From Calcarisporiella thermophila CBS 279.70 (taxonomy: Eukaryota; Fungi; Calcarisporiellomycota): DNA of 64,000 bases. Both the position numbers and the translations under genes were made by a program. The notes under the pieces were generated by a model. The model did no database searches, was not told where the DNA came from, and saw only the letters and a program-made list of their open reading frames with translations. The stretch is from contig NW_027192192.1 in assembly GCF_041956535.1 (NCBI RefSeq), forward strand, positions 1,459,125-1,523,124, read 5' to 3'. This document shows, piece after piece, positions 50,753 to 63,641 of this stretch. Within the stretch, counting starts at the first letter, position 1, and each line of letters starts with the position of its first letter.

Positions 50753-52078
50753 CTATTTGTCAAACAAATAGAAAAACGAGGGCGGATCATTATAGATGAG
50801 ATAATTCTTCGTGCTCTTTGGAACATCCTTTAGCGCGTTTTTGGTGGCCAACTCTGTCAAATGATCCTTCATTTGCTTGGGCGTGATGGTTTCACCCTCA
50901 GGTATTTGAGACAGGAAGTAGGCGACAATTCCCGCCACATGAGGGCTAGCCATGGATGTCCCAGAGATAGTGTTGGTAGCTACAGGCGATCCAATCCAAG
51001 TGGACGTGATATCTTGGCCGGGCGCAAATACGTCGACACATTCACCGTAGTTGCTGAACCAAGAGCGCTCATCCATGACATTCGTTGCACCCACGGTAAT
51101 AGCGTTTTCGGAGGCCGCTGGTGAATAATCTTTGCAGTTCGCATTGTCATTTCCTGCAGCAACGGCAAAATGCACTCCAGAGTCCACTGCAGCATCTACA
51201 GCCCTGTCAAGTGTTCTAGACCTGCCCCCTCCAAGAGACATGTTAGCGACCGACCCGCGGTGTCGAGTGCCGTTGCGTTGCGCCTCTGCAACCGCAATTT
51301 GATGGGACTCTTGAGCCCACAATACACCAGCAATCACATCGCTCATCGTTCCAGAGCCATTGGATCGCAATACTTTAACAGCGACAACGTTGGCACGTTT
51401 AGCAACCCCATACCGCTTGCCAGCAATGGTACCCGCAACGTGCGTACCGTGACCATTGCGATCCTCATCTTCGTCACCATCAGGAATAGTAGTGCCCCAA
51501 CGCGCACGGCCTTCAAAATCTACATGATTCACATTAACACCAGTGTCGATTACGTAAACCGTTACCCCATCACCGGCAGCTTTTTCGTTATACAAGTATT
51601 TGTTGAAAGTGGTCAAATTAAGCTTTTCACGGTGAGAAATACGCGATAAACCCCAAGGAGCATTGCGCTGAAGCTCGTTAGTATACACCATAGAATCTCT
51701 TTCCACATACTCAACGTCCTCACTTCTCCTAATCTTTTCCAGAGTGTCCTTGGAAAATTGGCCCGCATAACCTTTAAGGTTCTTGAAACTGTAGGTGTGT
51801 CTGATTCCCGAAGCGATACCTTGATCAGCCAATGCTTTCGTTAGAGGATCATCGTCATGGATTGATCGAATCCAGTTGTGGTGAGCGGTGATACGGTAAT
51901 TGTCTACTTTATCTTTGAAGACTACAATGTACGAATCTGCAACAGGTTCAGAGGCTTCAGAGGAGAGCAGAGGGGCAACAGGCGAGCTAAGCTCAGGGAT
52001 CGTGAAAATGGGCCATGCGGTCGCGAGTCCAGTAGCCAGGATAAACACAAAGGTAGAGATAAGAGGGTTAGAACGCAT
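50753..52078 (-). CDS. Subtilisin-like serine protease (proteinase K / cerevisin type) with I9 propeptide
   Basis: Signal peptide; VIDTG, HGTHVAG, SGTSMASPH catalytic triad; intronless. Confidence 0.97.
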   Translation of the reverse strand: MRSNPLISTFVFILATGLATAWPIFTIPELSSPVAPLLSSEASEPVADSYIVVFKDKVDNYRITAHHNWIRSIHDDDPLTKALADQGIASGIRHTYSFKNLKGYAGQFSKDTLEKIRRSEDVEYVERDSMVYTNELQRNAPWGLSRISHREKLNLTTFNKYLYNEKAAGDGVTVYVIDTGVNVNHVDFEGRARWGTTIPDGDEDEDRNGHGTHVAGTIAGKRYGVAKRANVVAVKVLRSNGSGTMSDVIAGVLWAQESHQIAVAEAQRNGTRHRGSVANMSLGGGRSRTLDRAVDAAVDSGVHFAVAAGNDNANCKDYSPAASENAITVGATNVMDERSWFSNYGECVDVFAPGQDITSTWIGSPVATNTISGTSMASPHVAGIVAYFLSQIPEGETITPKQMKDHLTELATKNALKDVPKSTKNYLIYNDPPSFFYLFDK

Positions 52079-54081
52079 ACTGTTAAAGCAGCAAAGAGGG
52101 AAAAGCCAAGAATAATCTCAGAAAATGAATAAGTCGTAAATTGCACACAAATATATATATATCTGTTCTATATGTACACAAACTAAAAAAAAAGCTACAG
52201 AAATACAATAATAAAAGGGCTTGAAAAGACGCAGAGAGTTGAAAAGTGATATAAGAAATAGGGGAAGATCCAAGTTTTCTATCAAAAGAGCAGAGGATTG
52301 CGATTTTATACTCGGCAAGCGGAATGATGAAACAATTTGAGGATAAAACGCCCGATAGATTCGAGGTCATCTGACTAGGTTAGGTTAGAGTATCGAATTG
52401 CGTGTTGCGCAATGTGGAAAAATAAATTGTTTGAAAGTGGAGTTTAATGTTGAGGCCCATATCAATAGCGGCAGGATATTTCGTGCAAGAATTTTAACAA
52501 AAGGGCCCAGTACTGTCGAAATAAGTAATGAACTATAACAAGAACTTCGAGCTACTTATTTCAAGCTTGCTCTCGCGTAGGTAGCTCAGATGATATCTGA
52601 ACATTAATCATAATGAATTCTATAAGGTATCAGGGACCGTTTGCCACATCTATGCTAAAAATTTTAAGATTATACTTATTAATCGAGGAACTAACTAGAG
52701 CAAATTATCAACTGGTCATATCTCATCATTAACAAATGAAGCTTTCCAATTTATTAGCGATTGAATCATAATTATTCGTGCGGGAAAACAAAAAGAATAT
52801 TGCGAAATCCATATTTAGAATATTGAGATTGCGAAATAATCTTGGTAAATTCTTACTCTACCACGAGCCATTCGAGTGAAGTGTGCGGAGATATAGCTAG
52901 ACTATAGACTGATCCAGGCTAGTCAACTAACTTATTTAAAAAGTTAGCAAGAAAAGAGAGTTCGGAAGCTTGTAGCTTGGAGGAAGAGTATACGAAATAC
53001 GAGAACTATTCGATAACTGAACAGAGCCCTGACCAATTCTAGGCTTACCCCTTTTTTATACCCTTGAACAAGTAAGCCATTGCATTAAACCCCTCTTATA
53101 TTTGCAAGAGGAGAACTTGCACTTAAGAATAAGAAGAAATTATCACCCCATGTCTCGTGGCTGAGTTAGATTCATCAAGTTATATTAAATTGGCCTATTA
53201 TTCAACAATCACATCCATATTATCAAATATTATTCCCTACTATAAGTTTCAAACGGTGAAGTGGCGTATACAGCAACGGAAATTTATTATGAAACTCGTG
53301 CTGACTGAAATTATAAGAAAAGAAATTTCTCTTATATTATTCCATTACAAAGGAACTAAAGTTGTAAACAATTGTGATATATTCAGCTCGTCGAAGTGGC
53401 GTACATGATACATCTTTAAGCAAATTGTTATATTATCCATCTAGCTGATTTAAAAAAGATGCACTTGTTGGCTAAAATAAAAACAAATGTAACTATGGAC
53501 GTATTTGAATGCTGGATTGTTACTATGTTAAAATTAATTCAAAGTGAGCTATGCTAAATATTTAATGTCAATATAATCTAATACTTAACATGGAAATAGG
53601 TGGTATTCTACAAGCACCAACGCTCTCAATTAATCACTCGTGTTAGCTTGCTATTATTTATGCACCCAGAAGAGTGAACTATTAATGAAGTTAAGAATGC
53701 ATTCGAATAGGAGAAAAAGATACTAAGGGCGACGGTTCAATAAGAGAGAAGATTTATTTGAGGAAAATATAACTCTATGTATGAGGATATGACATACATT
53801 AGAAGAATACTCTTGGATAATATTTTTAGTTGTACTTTTTAGGCTGAATTTTATAAATGTCATAGATACAAATGAAATAGTTGCCCTCAAGTGAAAGTTT
53901 CAATTTATTACGAACTTTTTAAAGTGCACTATCCAACAAATTTAAGATTTGTTAGCCTTACTTTGTTATCCAAGTAACTGACTGCGCCACAACACCTATC
54001 CCCCCTTGTCGAAATTCCAAGTGAAAACACACTTCGACGTCCTTTGACCTATACTGGATTCAAAAAAAACCCGCTAGGAAA

Positions 54082-54739
54082 ATGTCCTCCATCGCGCTGC
54101 GTGCACTGCGTTTTGCACCCATTTCAGTAAGTGTTTTTGTTTGTACTTTTGGATTGCTTCGAAGGTGTAATTTTGGCATCTCATCTAATTGCGAAAACAT
54201 GGAATTATATTGATCTCGTAATCTAACAGGTCAAGTATGCCATTCGCCCTGTTCCTGTGATGGCTGTGCGTGCATTCACGTCCCCCTCTTCCCCAGTACG
54301 GAAAGGTAACAATAGGCCTAATCGGATTTTGACGTTCACCTGAAGATATACTTGATTGTTGACATTTCGATTCTATTGCAATAGATCTTGTCCAAGATAT
54401 TTATATCAAGCAGATCAAATCCTACAAACCTGCTCCTGAGGTTTGTAATATTACACTTTGTCCTGCCGGTTTCTTTTTTTTTGACTTGGAAATTTGATGA
54501 TAACCAATTAGGAAAAAGGTGCTGAACAAGGTCAAGTCAAAGAGCTTCATATTCCCGCTGCTCCCCAGCCTCCTCAAATTGAGAGTGATCTCACGGCCGA
54601 TCTTCAGGCTTATCAACAGGAGGATCCAGTTGCAGTGACCGCGAGTGAGGAAGATCAAGCGGTTCAGGAGGATGAATATACGGATATCTTGGAGGAGGCC
54701 TTGAAGGATGAAGAAGAGGAAACGGAAGGAGAGCATTAA
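54082..54739 (+). CDS. ATP14: Mitochondrial ATP synthase subunit h, 4 exons (absent from ORF track)
   Basis: Presequence MSSIALRALRF...RAF; DLVQDIYIKQIKSYKP...GQVKEL..PAAPQPP...DLQAY; acidic tail. Confidence 0.88.
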
Positions 54740-55071
54740 TTAGACTGTTAATTATTCTTTTATCGATTGCTTTTTCTCTTTTCGCCTTTTCTACTCTATC
54801 TCCCTCATTTTCACTTTTGGATAAACTTGTTCGAAAAGAAAAGATAAAATATAAAATATTTTTTAAAGACTCGCTTTATCTTTTAATCCGAAGTTGAGTA
54901 CACTAATTGCTCTTTATAGTGGAACGCGTATTACAACGCAGAGCCAATATGTAAACTAAATGCTGCTAATAAAAAGACTGCAGAGAAGTTTTGCTTTGGA
55001 TTTTTAGGTTATATACAATTTATTGTAATAGATAATAAAAAATAATAACAGAAATTCCAAGTTACATGGTA

Positions 55072-55458
55072 TTATACGCATGGTACATAACACATTTGGC
55101 CATTGCAATTACGACCATTCGTTTTCCATGTCCAAACGCATATGCAGACCATAATTGCTAGAAAAAGAAGAACAATTGCACCGACGACGATCTTTGACAA
55201 TCCATCATCATCAAAGAAACCACCTCCCTTCTGGGGCTGAGATGTGATGGTTGTTTGTGAAGGTACAGGAAGTACTGAAGTAGATGTTGGCGGTAAACTC
55301 GTCTGGGGATCTCTTTTGGATAACTGTAAATGATTAGAACTAGGGGGTATATGTGTAGAGTGAGCGTGGGGGGTAGATACGACCGGCGTGATGAAAACAA
55401 ATACAAGAACGATTATAGAGAGAATTAGTAAGATGGAGGGCAGGGTTGGCTTTGGCAT
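55072..55458 (-). CDS. Small type-I membrane protein
   Basis: Signal peptide, KR site, Ser/Thr/Pro stalk, TM helix, Cys-rich short tail. Confidence 0.7.
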   Translation of the reverse strand: MPKPTLPSILLILSIIVLVFVFITPVVSTPHAHSTHIPPSSNHLQLSKRDPQTSLPPTSTSVLPVPSQTTITSQPQKGGGFFDDDGLSKIVVGAIVLLFLAIMVCICVWTWKTNGRNCNGQMCYVPCV

Positions 55459-56142
55459 TGTAATGAGGCCAGTTCAAAGCATGTAGTAGAGGTGGATTAA
55501 GAAAAAAGATTGCTTCAAGTTAGTACTCTTCAGAGTTAAGATTCTCGACTTGTCGGTGTAACGTCCATTTCTTCCAGAATACATCGCCTTTGAATGGGGA
55601 TACAAAACAAAGCTAAGCCTATATAAAAGGCATGATAGCGCAGTGAGCAACGGTCAGTAGAGATCCCCCCTCCTCGATCCAAACCTCTGGTGGGATTGAG
55701 TGTAGAGTCAAACTCCTTTTCAAAAGAAAAGGATATTGCGAAGTCAAGTTAGCATACAGTCCATTAGGTAGCTCCGTCAGCTCTAAAGAATCTATTGGGG
55801 TATTTCGAGTGCAGGCTTGAAGAGCAATATTCTAAATGAAGGCTGCAAGGTTATATCTACAATTGCATTTGCACTAAATTTGGCTTTGGTTTAGCATCCG
55901 AAGATGTGTCTCATTATGTTTAATGTCAACTGAGTTTGGTAAATATATGCATGAACGTGAATTCAGTATGTATAAATCGTCTATTATATACCATAATTTA
56001 TGACAATATATGTGCACTCATCCCTATGGTTTGGACGATTGTCCTGAACAGATCCCTATTGACTCCACCTTTTTATCATATTACAAGAAACAATTGACTG
56101 CCATTAGATACAATCGAGCCTGCTTATAGAAAATTACATTAA

Positions 56143-57524
56143 TTAACAGGTTTGCACCGATTTGCCTACCAGGTGCCAACTCCGCGTTTCCTCTATCCTT
56201 TGCAGTGAACGTAGCCATTTCTCCAATGCCATTTTTTCAACACATTTCCGTTCAAGTTCCTAAGCCATGTTTTGCACTCATCTCGGATATTATGTGCCGA
56301 AATTCCTGCCTAAGAGAGGAAAAAGAGTGGGAAGTTGTGTTGAAGGAAGAGAATAGAGCCTGAGTCTTAGAGTCAGCTATAGCCGCTGTCAAGTGCTGGA
56401 CGCGTGTGCGCAGCTCTTCTGTTTGAATCCGCAATTTTTCGCGTTCATCCTCAGCAGCTTCCAAACGATGAGATAACCGGCTTACTTCGTGCATCAATTC
56501 GTCGTTTTCAATGCGGAGAGACAATTCAGCTCTATTGCAAAACTTCTCGCGGAAATCACTGAGGTCATTTTCATAATAAGCACCTGAATACCGATGGGCT
56601 TTAAAATATGAACTTGAAAGTTCTTGCTCCAGGGTTTCCACCCGCATCTTATAATCATCTAGCTGAGATTCAAGAAGCGCAATATTTAACTGCAATTCCT
56701 CCACGTTCATCTCTTCATTACACGATTTTTGGCTCTCTAGTACTTGAATCCGTTCCTCAAGCCTCTTAACTGCTCTAGCCAACATCCCAGCTGTGTGTTC
56801 TGTTAATCTTCGATGCATACCTCTGCCTACATATGTCAAGGCCCACATCTCTGCTGCAGTCTCGTCGACGTGTTTGCTTGCATCTGCAAATTCATCCCAT
56901 ACCCGATTAGAATCTTGCAAGTCAGGTGTTTCTAGTCGCGTAAGGGTATGAGCAGCTCTACGAATCTTCATTTGAAGGACCAACCGAGCCGAGAGTACCT
57001 CCAAACGAGATTCAAGCGCTTCATATTTCTATTGGAAATAACGGATAAGAATGAGTTCAAGAATAAGAAGACAAACGCGGATCTAGATCCTGGGGAAAAG
57101 TAATTACGTCTCGCAGCTTTTCTGCCTCCTCTTCACTTAAAACTTCAAATTTTTCCGCCTCTGCGACTGCCTTAACGATCAACAGCTCTGATAGAAGCTC
57201 GTCTTTCTTTACATAATCCTCCCGGGCGGGAATGCCTGTATTGCATATGGCATCACCCAAGCTATATTCACGTATTCCCAGAGGGACAGTTGGTTCAACT
57301 GTACTCGACTTCTCTGTTCTATTCAACTCGCTTTGCTCAGTCCAATGGTCAAGGTCAACCAGAGGAAGTGGCTTTGGTTTTATTGGCTGTGAAAAGAATG
57401 GGGATTGTGTAGAGAAGCGGTTAAGAAGATGGTCTGCATACTCTATTTTTGTAAGAGAAGAACTATCGCTAAAGTGGAAGGTGTCTTTGCTCAAAGGAAT
57501 GTCGAAAAATCGTATTGCTGCCAT
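56143..57524 (-). CDS. Uds1 (up-regulated during septation)-domain coiled-coil protein with a frameshift near the 3' end
   Basis: AVAEAEKFEVLSEEE...L...KIRRAAHTL...LTEHTAGML; one intron; C-terminal 38 codons in the +1 frame. Confidence 0.8.
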
Positions 57525-58057
57525 AGTCGAGATAGTGGGTATAAAAGTACAGTGAATACTTTAAATAGTAGAAAAAACAAAGGAAAAGCAGGACAGAAAA
57601 AAAATGGAGTGAAGTTATCAGAATACCTAAAGGAACGCAGTGGCTACAAAGTACAGGCCAACATGAAAAAAAGAAAAATATTGAACAATTGCATATTGCG
57701 AATATTTAGTATAGAGATTGCCAATCCTACCAAAAAATAAAGTTAGTGTTAGGTGATTGAAGGTCAGCACTATTTCTTATGTTATAATCTGCGGTGTTTA
57801 TGTCATCAAAGGATGATTTATCTTTCTCAATAGCCAAGGTAATTACTATATATTAATACGCAAAAGGTATAGAAAGGACAATGGAATTAGACCCGGAGTC
57901 AGATAAGAATACGTAGAGAGGAATTCCTAGAAAACGGTATTATATTTTTTGACGAAATAGCAAATGAATAGATAGAGTAAGTAATAGAGGGGAGGTGAGG
58001 ACACAAGCACAAGAGTAAATGGGAAAATTACATTATTGGTCTTGGAAGGAGGATCCA

Positions 58058-58702
58058 TTAAAATAAAACTAGCACAGATGATCCAACTACAAGAAAAGCC
58101 AGGTATATAATGGCAATTACATTTTTTCGGTGCGACTTGGCCCGCCAAGTTGAAGCAGTAGAAGTTGGTAGTTGCGTAACTGAGCGTGTAGCGGTAGGTG
58201 ATGTTTCGCTGTAAGTGGATAAAGAAGCTGAACTAGGCGCATTCGTGAAATTGGATATAGAAGTCGGCATCATATTAGATTGCGTCGGAAGAATCGATGC
58301 TGCTGAAGTTTGAGGAGATTTTTCTTGTCCAAACAATTTCGTCACACCTGCCATCATCCCACTCATCACTTTACAAAAACCCACCACACCATCTGGAGGG
58401 GATCTTCCCAACGCGTTTTGGAACTGCTTCGTCTCTGTTAGACAATCTAGACATGGTTTGTGGTCTGGAGAGCATAAGCACTTGATGGCATCAGTCGCTT
58501 GCAATGGGTTGGCTATTGTGGTGGAGAAGTTGTCGAGAACCTTCGTTTTTTGTAGACAAGTGGTAAACTGTGAATAGAAAGGTTTGCATTCTACACAAGA
58601 ACGAACTTCAGGGGGAAATGCAGGCAAGCCTCCCGATTGTGCATAAGATGGTGGAAAGATGATAGGAAGGAGACAAATAGTAATTAGATTGAAAAATTTC
58701 AT
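58058..58702 (-). CDS. Cys-rich (8-Cys, CFEM-like) GPI-anchored surface protein
   Basis: Signal peptide, CxxC..C..CxC..CxxC..C, Ser/Thr stalk, hydrophobic C-terminus. Confidence 0.75.
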   Translation of the reverse strand: MKFFNLITICLLPIIFPPSYAQSGGLPAFPPEVRSCVECKPFYSQFTTCLQKTKVLDNFSTTIANPLQATDAIKCLCSPDHKPCLDCLTETKQFQNALGRSPPDGVVGFCKVMSGMMAGVTKLFGQEKSPQTSAASILPTQSNMMPTSISNFTNAPSSASLSTYSETSPTATRSVTQLPTSTASTWRAKSHRKNVIAIIYLAFLVVGSSVLVLF

Positions 58703-59734
58703 GCTTTGTGAATAAAGAACGGAAAGGATATAATGAGAGAGAAGGGATAATAATGAAATTTATCTCGAAACCAAATTCATGCTCTTCGAGAAGTTGAGCC
58801 TACAGGACACCTAGATTTTTTTTGGGTAATTCGGCTCCGTTGAATTATTTGCAGATAAGAGATACAATATACGTAAAATATGAATTTTATCTACCGGTTA
58901 TTATATAAGTTCCCTCCAATAAACAAAGAATCAGGTTAGTTTGACATTGTCTGAATAATATAGATATGTTTTAAGATGTTACATATAGATTGAATTCTAC
59001 GTTATTGTCAATACTTGAGCAGCTTAATATCTCCGTTACTACACCTAGCAGGATATATTTAAAATATCAAAGTTTTGAATTATAGTACTCCAACGAATAA
59101 GAAACTAATCATATGGACATCTGGGAGATCTCACAACACATGTCCTAGTATTAGTAAGAGTTCTATTTCAAATTACATAACCAGCTCTGACTCTTAAATA
59201 ATAAAACCATATACTTAATGTGAGTATCATATGAACAGACCATTTGTGAAATCGATTTTTATATTTTGTACAGATCACCTTTAGAAAAGTAAAGCATTAT
59301 TGTTCACATTAATATTAATTAGTTGAAGGAGAAGTGTTTGGTTTCAACAATTAGATGTTTATTATACAGTAAATCATAATTCCAACTTCAAACGACATCG
59401 AATTCTTTCATGGCCATAATCATGGAGCATCGTTGCATTGAAATTTCATACCCTTTCATTTGTCCTGGAAATGAGAACTAGGAATCAAGCCTAACTTGAT
59501 GAGATATATATATCAATTTATGAGTGCGGAAAGGTGTGTAAAATAAGAATGAGGCAAGTGGAAATATATTGATTATAAAGAAGGTAGAACATGTTAAAAA
59601 TATATATATTCGAAAAGCAAGATAAAGAAGGAAAGGTGTTAAAGGAAAGTTTATGAAATAAAAAAGTATCCAGATTTGCTAAACAGACATTTTATACAAA
59701 AAAAGAAAAGAAAAAAAAAGGTGTAAGATTCACA

Positions 59735-60631
59735 TTATTCGGAAGAAAGTGTAGGCAAAAGGGTAAGTCGTTTTTGTTGATAATCTTTAATCATTCCCGT
59801 CAGTAAGCCTATCACATCTTTCTCTTCCACTTTCCACATACGGCAGAAACATTCAGCAAGTACTCGTGGATCATCGTGCTCATATACATTAATTGGTTCA
59901 GATTCATCTTCATCTAGCTCTACATTTATCGTAATTAGGAAGCGGCCACGCCGGGAATAAAAACTTTTAGGGGTATGGTGGGCGGGTTCTGCCTGCGGAG
60001 GCTGTACTGAGGGGCGACTTGGAGAGGGCGAGGGTGAGGGAGAAGGGGAAGGCTCTTGAGATAGGCCGAAAGATTTGTCTTGTTTCTGGGTTTGTACTGG
60101 CTCGGACCGCTCAGCAATACTCTTGACTTCGTTTTTACCTAATGCTTTACCCCGCGGACGTTGTGGATGCTTGGCAGGAGTTGCATCTTTTTTAACTTCG
60201 GAATGTATCTTTTTCTCGGTGTGCTTACTATTCTCTTTTGTATCATCTAAATTTGCTGCTTTCTTCTTATTTTCTCTACCGTTCCCTTTGGCTTTTTTCT
60301 TTCCATCGCTTTTTGTGCTTTCCTCGCGTTTTTGTCCCATTCTTTGTGCTATTATTTCCTCTTCCTCTTTTGGCTTGTAGTTGGGCCCTTGTCGGTGAAG
60401 ATTTCCGGTACCAAGCCCATTCTTCAGCTTAAAATTAGGATCTACTAGTGTATGCCACGCGCTCAATCGTTTTTCGTCATTGCTTGTTAAGCTGCCTTCA
60501 TCCTTAGCTATAAATTCATCTGAGTGTGTATCAATAGAGCCATTATTATTGGTATCTAACTTGGCGGATTTAAGTTTATTGTTGCGATTGGTATCTTTTT
60601 TTCGTGAACGGCGGTTGGCGCCCTCCGGCAT
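59735..60631 (-). CDS. Hypothetical Lys-rich protein with small C-terminal globular domain
   Basis: 298-aa ORF in AT-rich DNA; C-terminal ITINVELD..EPINVYEHDDPRVLAECFC. Confidence 0.7.
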   Translation of the reverse strand: MPEGANRRSRKKDTNRNNKLKSAKLDTNNNGSIDTHSDEFIAKDEGSLTSNDEKRLSAWHTLVDPNFKLKNGLGTGNLHRQGPNYKPKEEEEIIAQRMGQKREESTKSDGKKKAKGNGRENKKKAANLDDTKENSKHTEKKIHSEVKKDATPAKHPQRPRGKALGKNEVKSIAERSEPVQTQKQDKSFGLSQEPSPSPSPSPSPSRPSVQPPQAEPAHHTPKSFYSRRGRFLITINVELDEDESEPINVYEHDDPRVLAECFCRMWKVEEKDVIGLLTGMIKDYQQKRLTLLPTLSSE

Positions 60632-60813
60632 AATTGATTGCAGTAGTTGTTAGTGAGATGATGAAATGGTATTATGAACAAAAAATATTTCGATTATTCA
60701 TAAGTTGGGATTCAAAAACTTTGTAATTGAGGCGCAGTAAATTTAGCATCGTCGTACTTGAACCTCACTTTTTCTAAATAATCCCGATACAACAAAAGTA
60801 TCTTTTGAGGACC

Positions 60814-63641
60814 ATGGAGGATTACCAGGACTCTAATTATCAAGCATATCGGGGGAATGCAGCTGGTAAATCTTAATATAAAGTATAATTGTGGAGTTTA
60901 TGCTCAATTATTTTCAACGGGTTTGGATTTTTCTAGCTCACTCTGCGCCTCCTGCCAATGGAAGTTCAAATCCTGCACCAGCGGACCATGGTGCACCTGC
61001 ACCTGGTGACTGGGAACGTTATTGGGACATAGTACGTGCGAATCCTCAAGATTTTGCTTCATGGGAATACCTCATCCGTCTAGTTGAAACAGCTGAAGGT
61101 GGTCTCGGTCGAGATGCACCATCTGCTAATATCGAAAACGCGAGGAGAGTATATGACGAATTTCTAGATCGATTTCCATTATGCTTTGGTTACTGGAAAA
61201 AATACGCCGATATGGAATTTGCTATTGGAGGTGCCGAGGCTGCAGAAAAGGTATATTTTTTTATTCTTTTTACCTTTAATTTACGTGTTAAATCTCCCTC
61301 TTGTTAGATTTATGAGCGCGGTGTAACGGCTATTCACAATTCCGTTGACTTATGGACACAATACTGCACATTTAAAATAGAAAATTCACAAGATCCGGAA
61401 GAGGTTTCACGGTGGGTATTACTGTTATTCATTACTCTCCTATTTAGGGCTCTCCCCTTTTTCCTTTATAATGATTTGCCTCCCGTTTTCTTTCAATGAC
61501 CAATTCAAGTGCTCTTGGAGATCTTAATGGTGACAACTCACCTTAGCATCGATCAAGTTCGAAAGAGTATTTTATTTTTCAAAAACTTCCTTTTTATTTA
61601 TATTTTAAGATCACTTGCTTTTTGAGATTCATATTAGTGTGCATACTATCTGCACAATCTAACCTGGTCATTGAATGATAGCCTTAGCTCTCTGAGATTT
61701 GCTATCGGTTTTGTGATTTTGAGCAGCTTAATTCACTCTTCTCTATTCAAGCGCTTTTTTTTTTACTAGAATATACTAATAATATCTCTATATTTACAGG
61801 TTATTTGCTAGAGGTGGTGAGAATTGTGGTTATGATTTTCTTAGTCATCTATTTTGGAATAAGTGGCTTGAATGGGAGGAGATGCGACAAGATTACAGTA
61901 GCGAGCTTAAAATCTTAGAGCGTATTATCGAGATCCCGCTGCACCAATACGCAAATTTTTTCGAAAAGTAAGAATTTGATTTGGAAAGAGAAAACGATAA
62001 CTAGAGGCTGTTTCCTAAGCTTTCTTCATTCTTTTTATTTACATAAAGATACACCAATTTGGCTGCCACGCGACCAGTTACGGAACTCGTTTCTCCTGAA
62101 GAATATGCGCAATTGGAGCAAGAAATTCGGTCCGAAAATTCAACCTCTGATAACGCGAAAGAGTCATCCACGAAATCGCCTGAAGAGGTTGAGCACGAAA
62201 TGCGACAACGGATACATGCTAAGAAGGTTGAGGTGTACACGCGTACACAAACCGAGGTTAATAGAAGATGGCCATTTGAAGCTGAAGTATGTTACTTCAA
62301 CACTTGTGAGCGGCCATTACCATGCATGTTGATGGTTTTTACTTTTTTTTATGTTAGATTAAGCGACCTTATTTCCATGTTAAACCAATGGATGAGCCTC
62401 AGCTTATGAATTGGCGGCGTTATCTTGACTTTGCAGAGGCGGAGTGTGATGATGGAACAACTCAAATTTTGTATGAACGTTGCCTTGTACCTTGTGCTTT
62501 ATATGCGGAATTCTGGCTTCGCTACGCTCGTTGGTTCTATTCAAAAGGGAGGACGGAAGACGCCATTTCAACGTGTGCGCGCGCCGTGTATACATTTGTG
62601 CCAGTGCACCAGCCGAGCGTAAAATTGTTACACGCTCTGTTTGAGGAGCAATTGGGACGCCATGATGAAGCAAGAAGAATTTATCGAGAGGTGACAGAGC
62701 TAGGTTTGTCTCCATAGGAGCTACCAAGTATGTTTTATAATTGCTTACATTAATTTCGATATTTTAGTCCCTGGACATCTGGAAACCATCGTTCGCTATG
62801 CGAATTTTGAACGACGACAGGGTGATCTCAAGGCAGCAGAGGAGATTTACACAACTTCTATAAATTTGCCGTCAGAACAGGTAAACAATAGCGGCAAGGC
62901 ATTTTTGACCGCACAGCTAGCAAACTTCGTTTGGCAGGTAAATTAATATCCAAGTCATTTATATCTGAAGAATTTCATCATAATATATTTACAAATTGTC
63001 ATTTTCTCTTTTCAATTTAGTGTAAAGAGTCGGCTGAGGACGCTCGCAAAATTTATGTCGAAGAATGCGGTCGTTTCGGAGATAGCAAATATTTTTGGAT
63101 TAGCTTTTTGAATTTTGAGCTTGCACAGACTGGTAATAACAAAAAAGGATCTCTCGTCTACCGCTTCCTTGGTCACTCTAATCAAATTTGTTTCTTGATA
63201 TTTTTAGGAGCTGACACAGAGCAAAATGTTGAAGCTCTCTTCTCACATCTCCGTACTCATGGCGCAATCCCTCCAGAGACAGCAGCCGACCTTGAACAAC
63301 GATATCTTGAGTTCTTGATTGAGCGAGGAAGTTCAGCGGAAGGAATTATTCAATTGGAGGCGAAACTTGCCGCCTATTCGCCTCCGTCCACAGAAACTGT
63401 GTCGAGAAAGAGAGCAGCACAAGATGAACTGAATGGAGCTGCAAAGATTGCACGACTAGACGGCGCAGGTAGTCAGACAGTAGCAGGAGCTGGAATGACT
63501 GCAGGTTATGGATATGGGGGGCAGTGGGGAGATTATTCACAACAGGCAGCTGCAGGATACGGAGGATATGCTGGGTATGGCGGCTATCCAGCAACGGGAG
63601 GATGGGATTATTCTCAGCAGCCGCAGGGACAAGCGCAGTAG
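60814..63641 (+). CDS. PRP39: U1 snRNP HAT-repeat protein Prp39
   Basis: NPQDFASWEYL, FPLCFGYWKKYA, SVDLW, IIEIPLHQYA, FEAEIKRPYFHVKP, LYERCLVPCALY; G/Y/Q-rich tail; multi-exon. Confidence 0.95.
61492..61706 (+). other. Multi-hairpin structured RNA element in PRP39 intron
   Basis: Perfect 11-bp stem 61492-61502/61665-61675 enclosing nested hairpins, plus a following hairpin. Confidence 0.5.

Noticed and set aside
53258-53404. Twice-occurring GAAGTGGCGTA
   Set aside because: Only two copies; no array, CRISPR or TE structure
56258-56264. CTTAGG resembling the Ty1 +1 slippery site
   Set aside because: Not in the translated frame and lacks the final C
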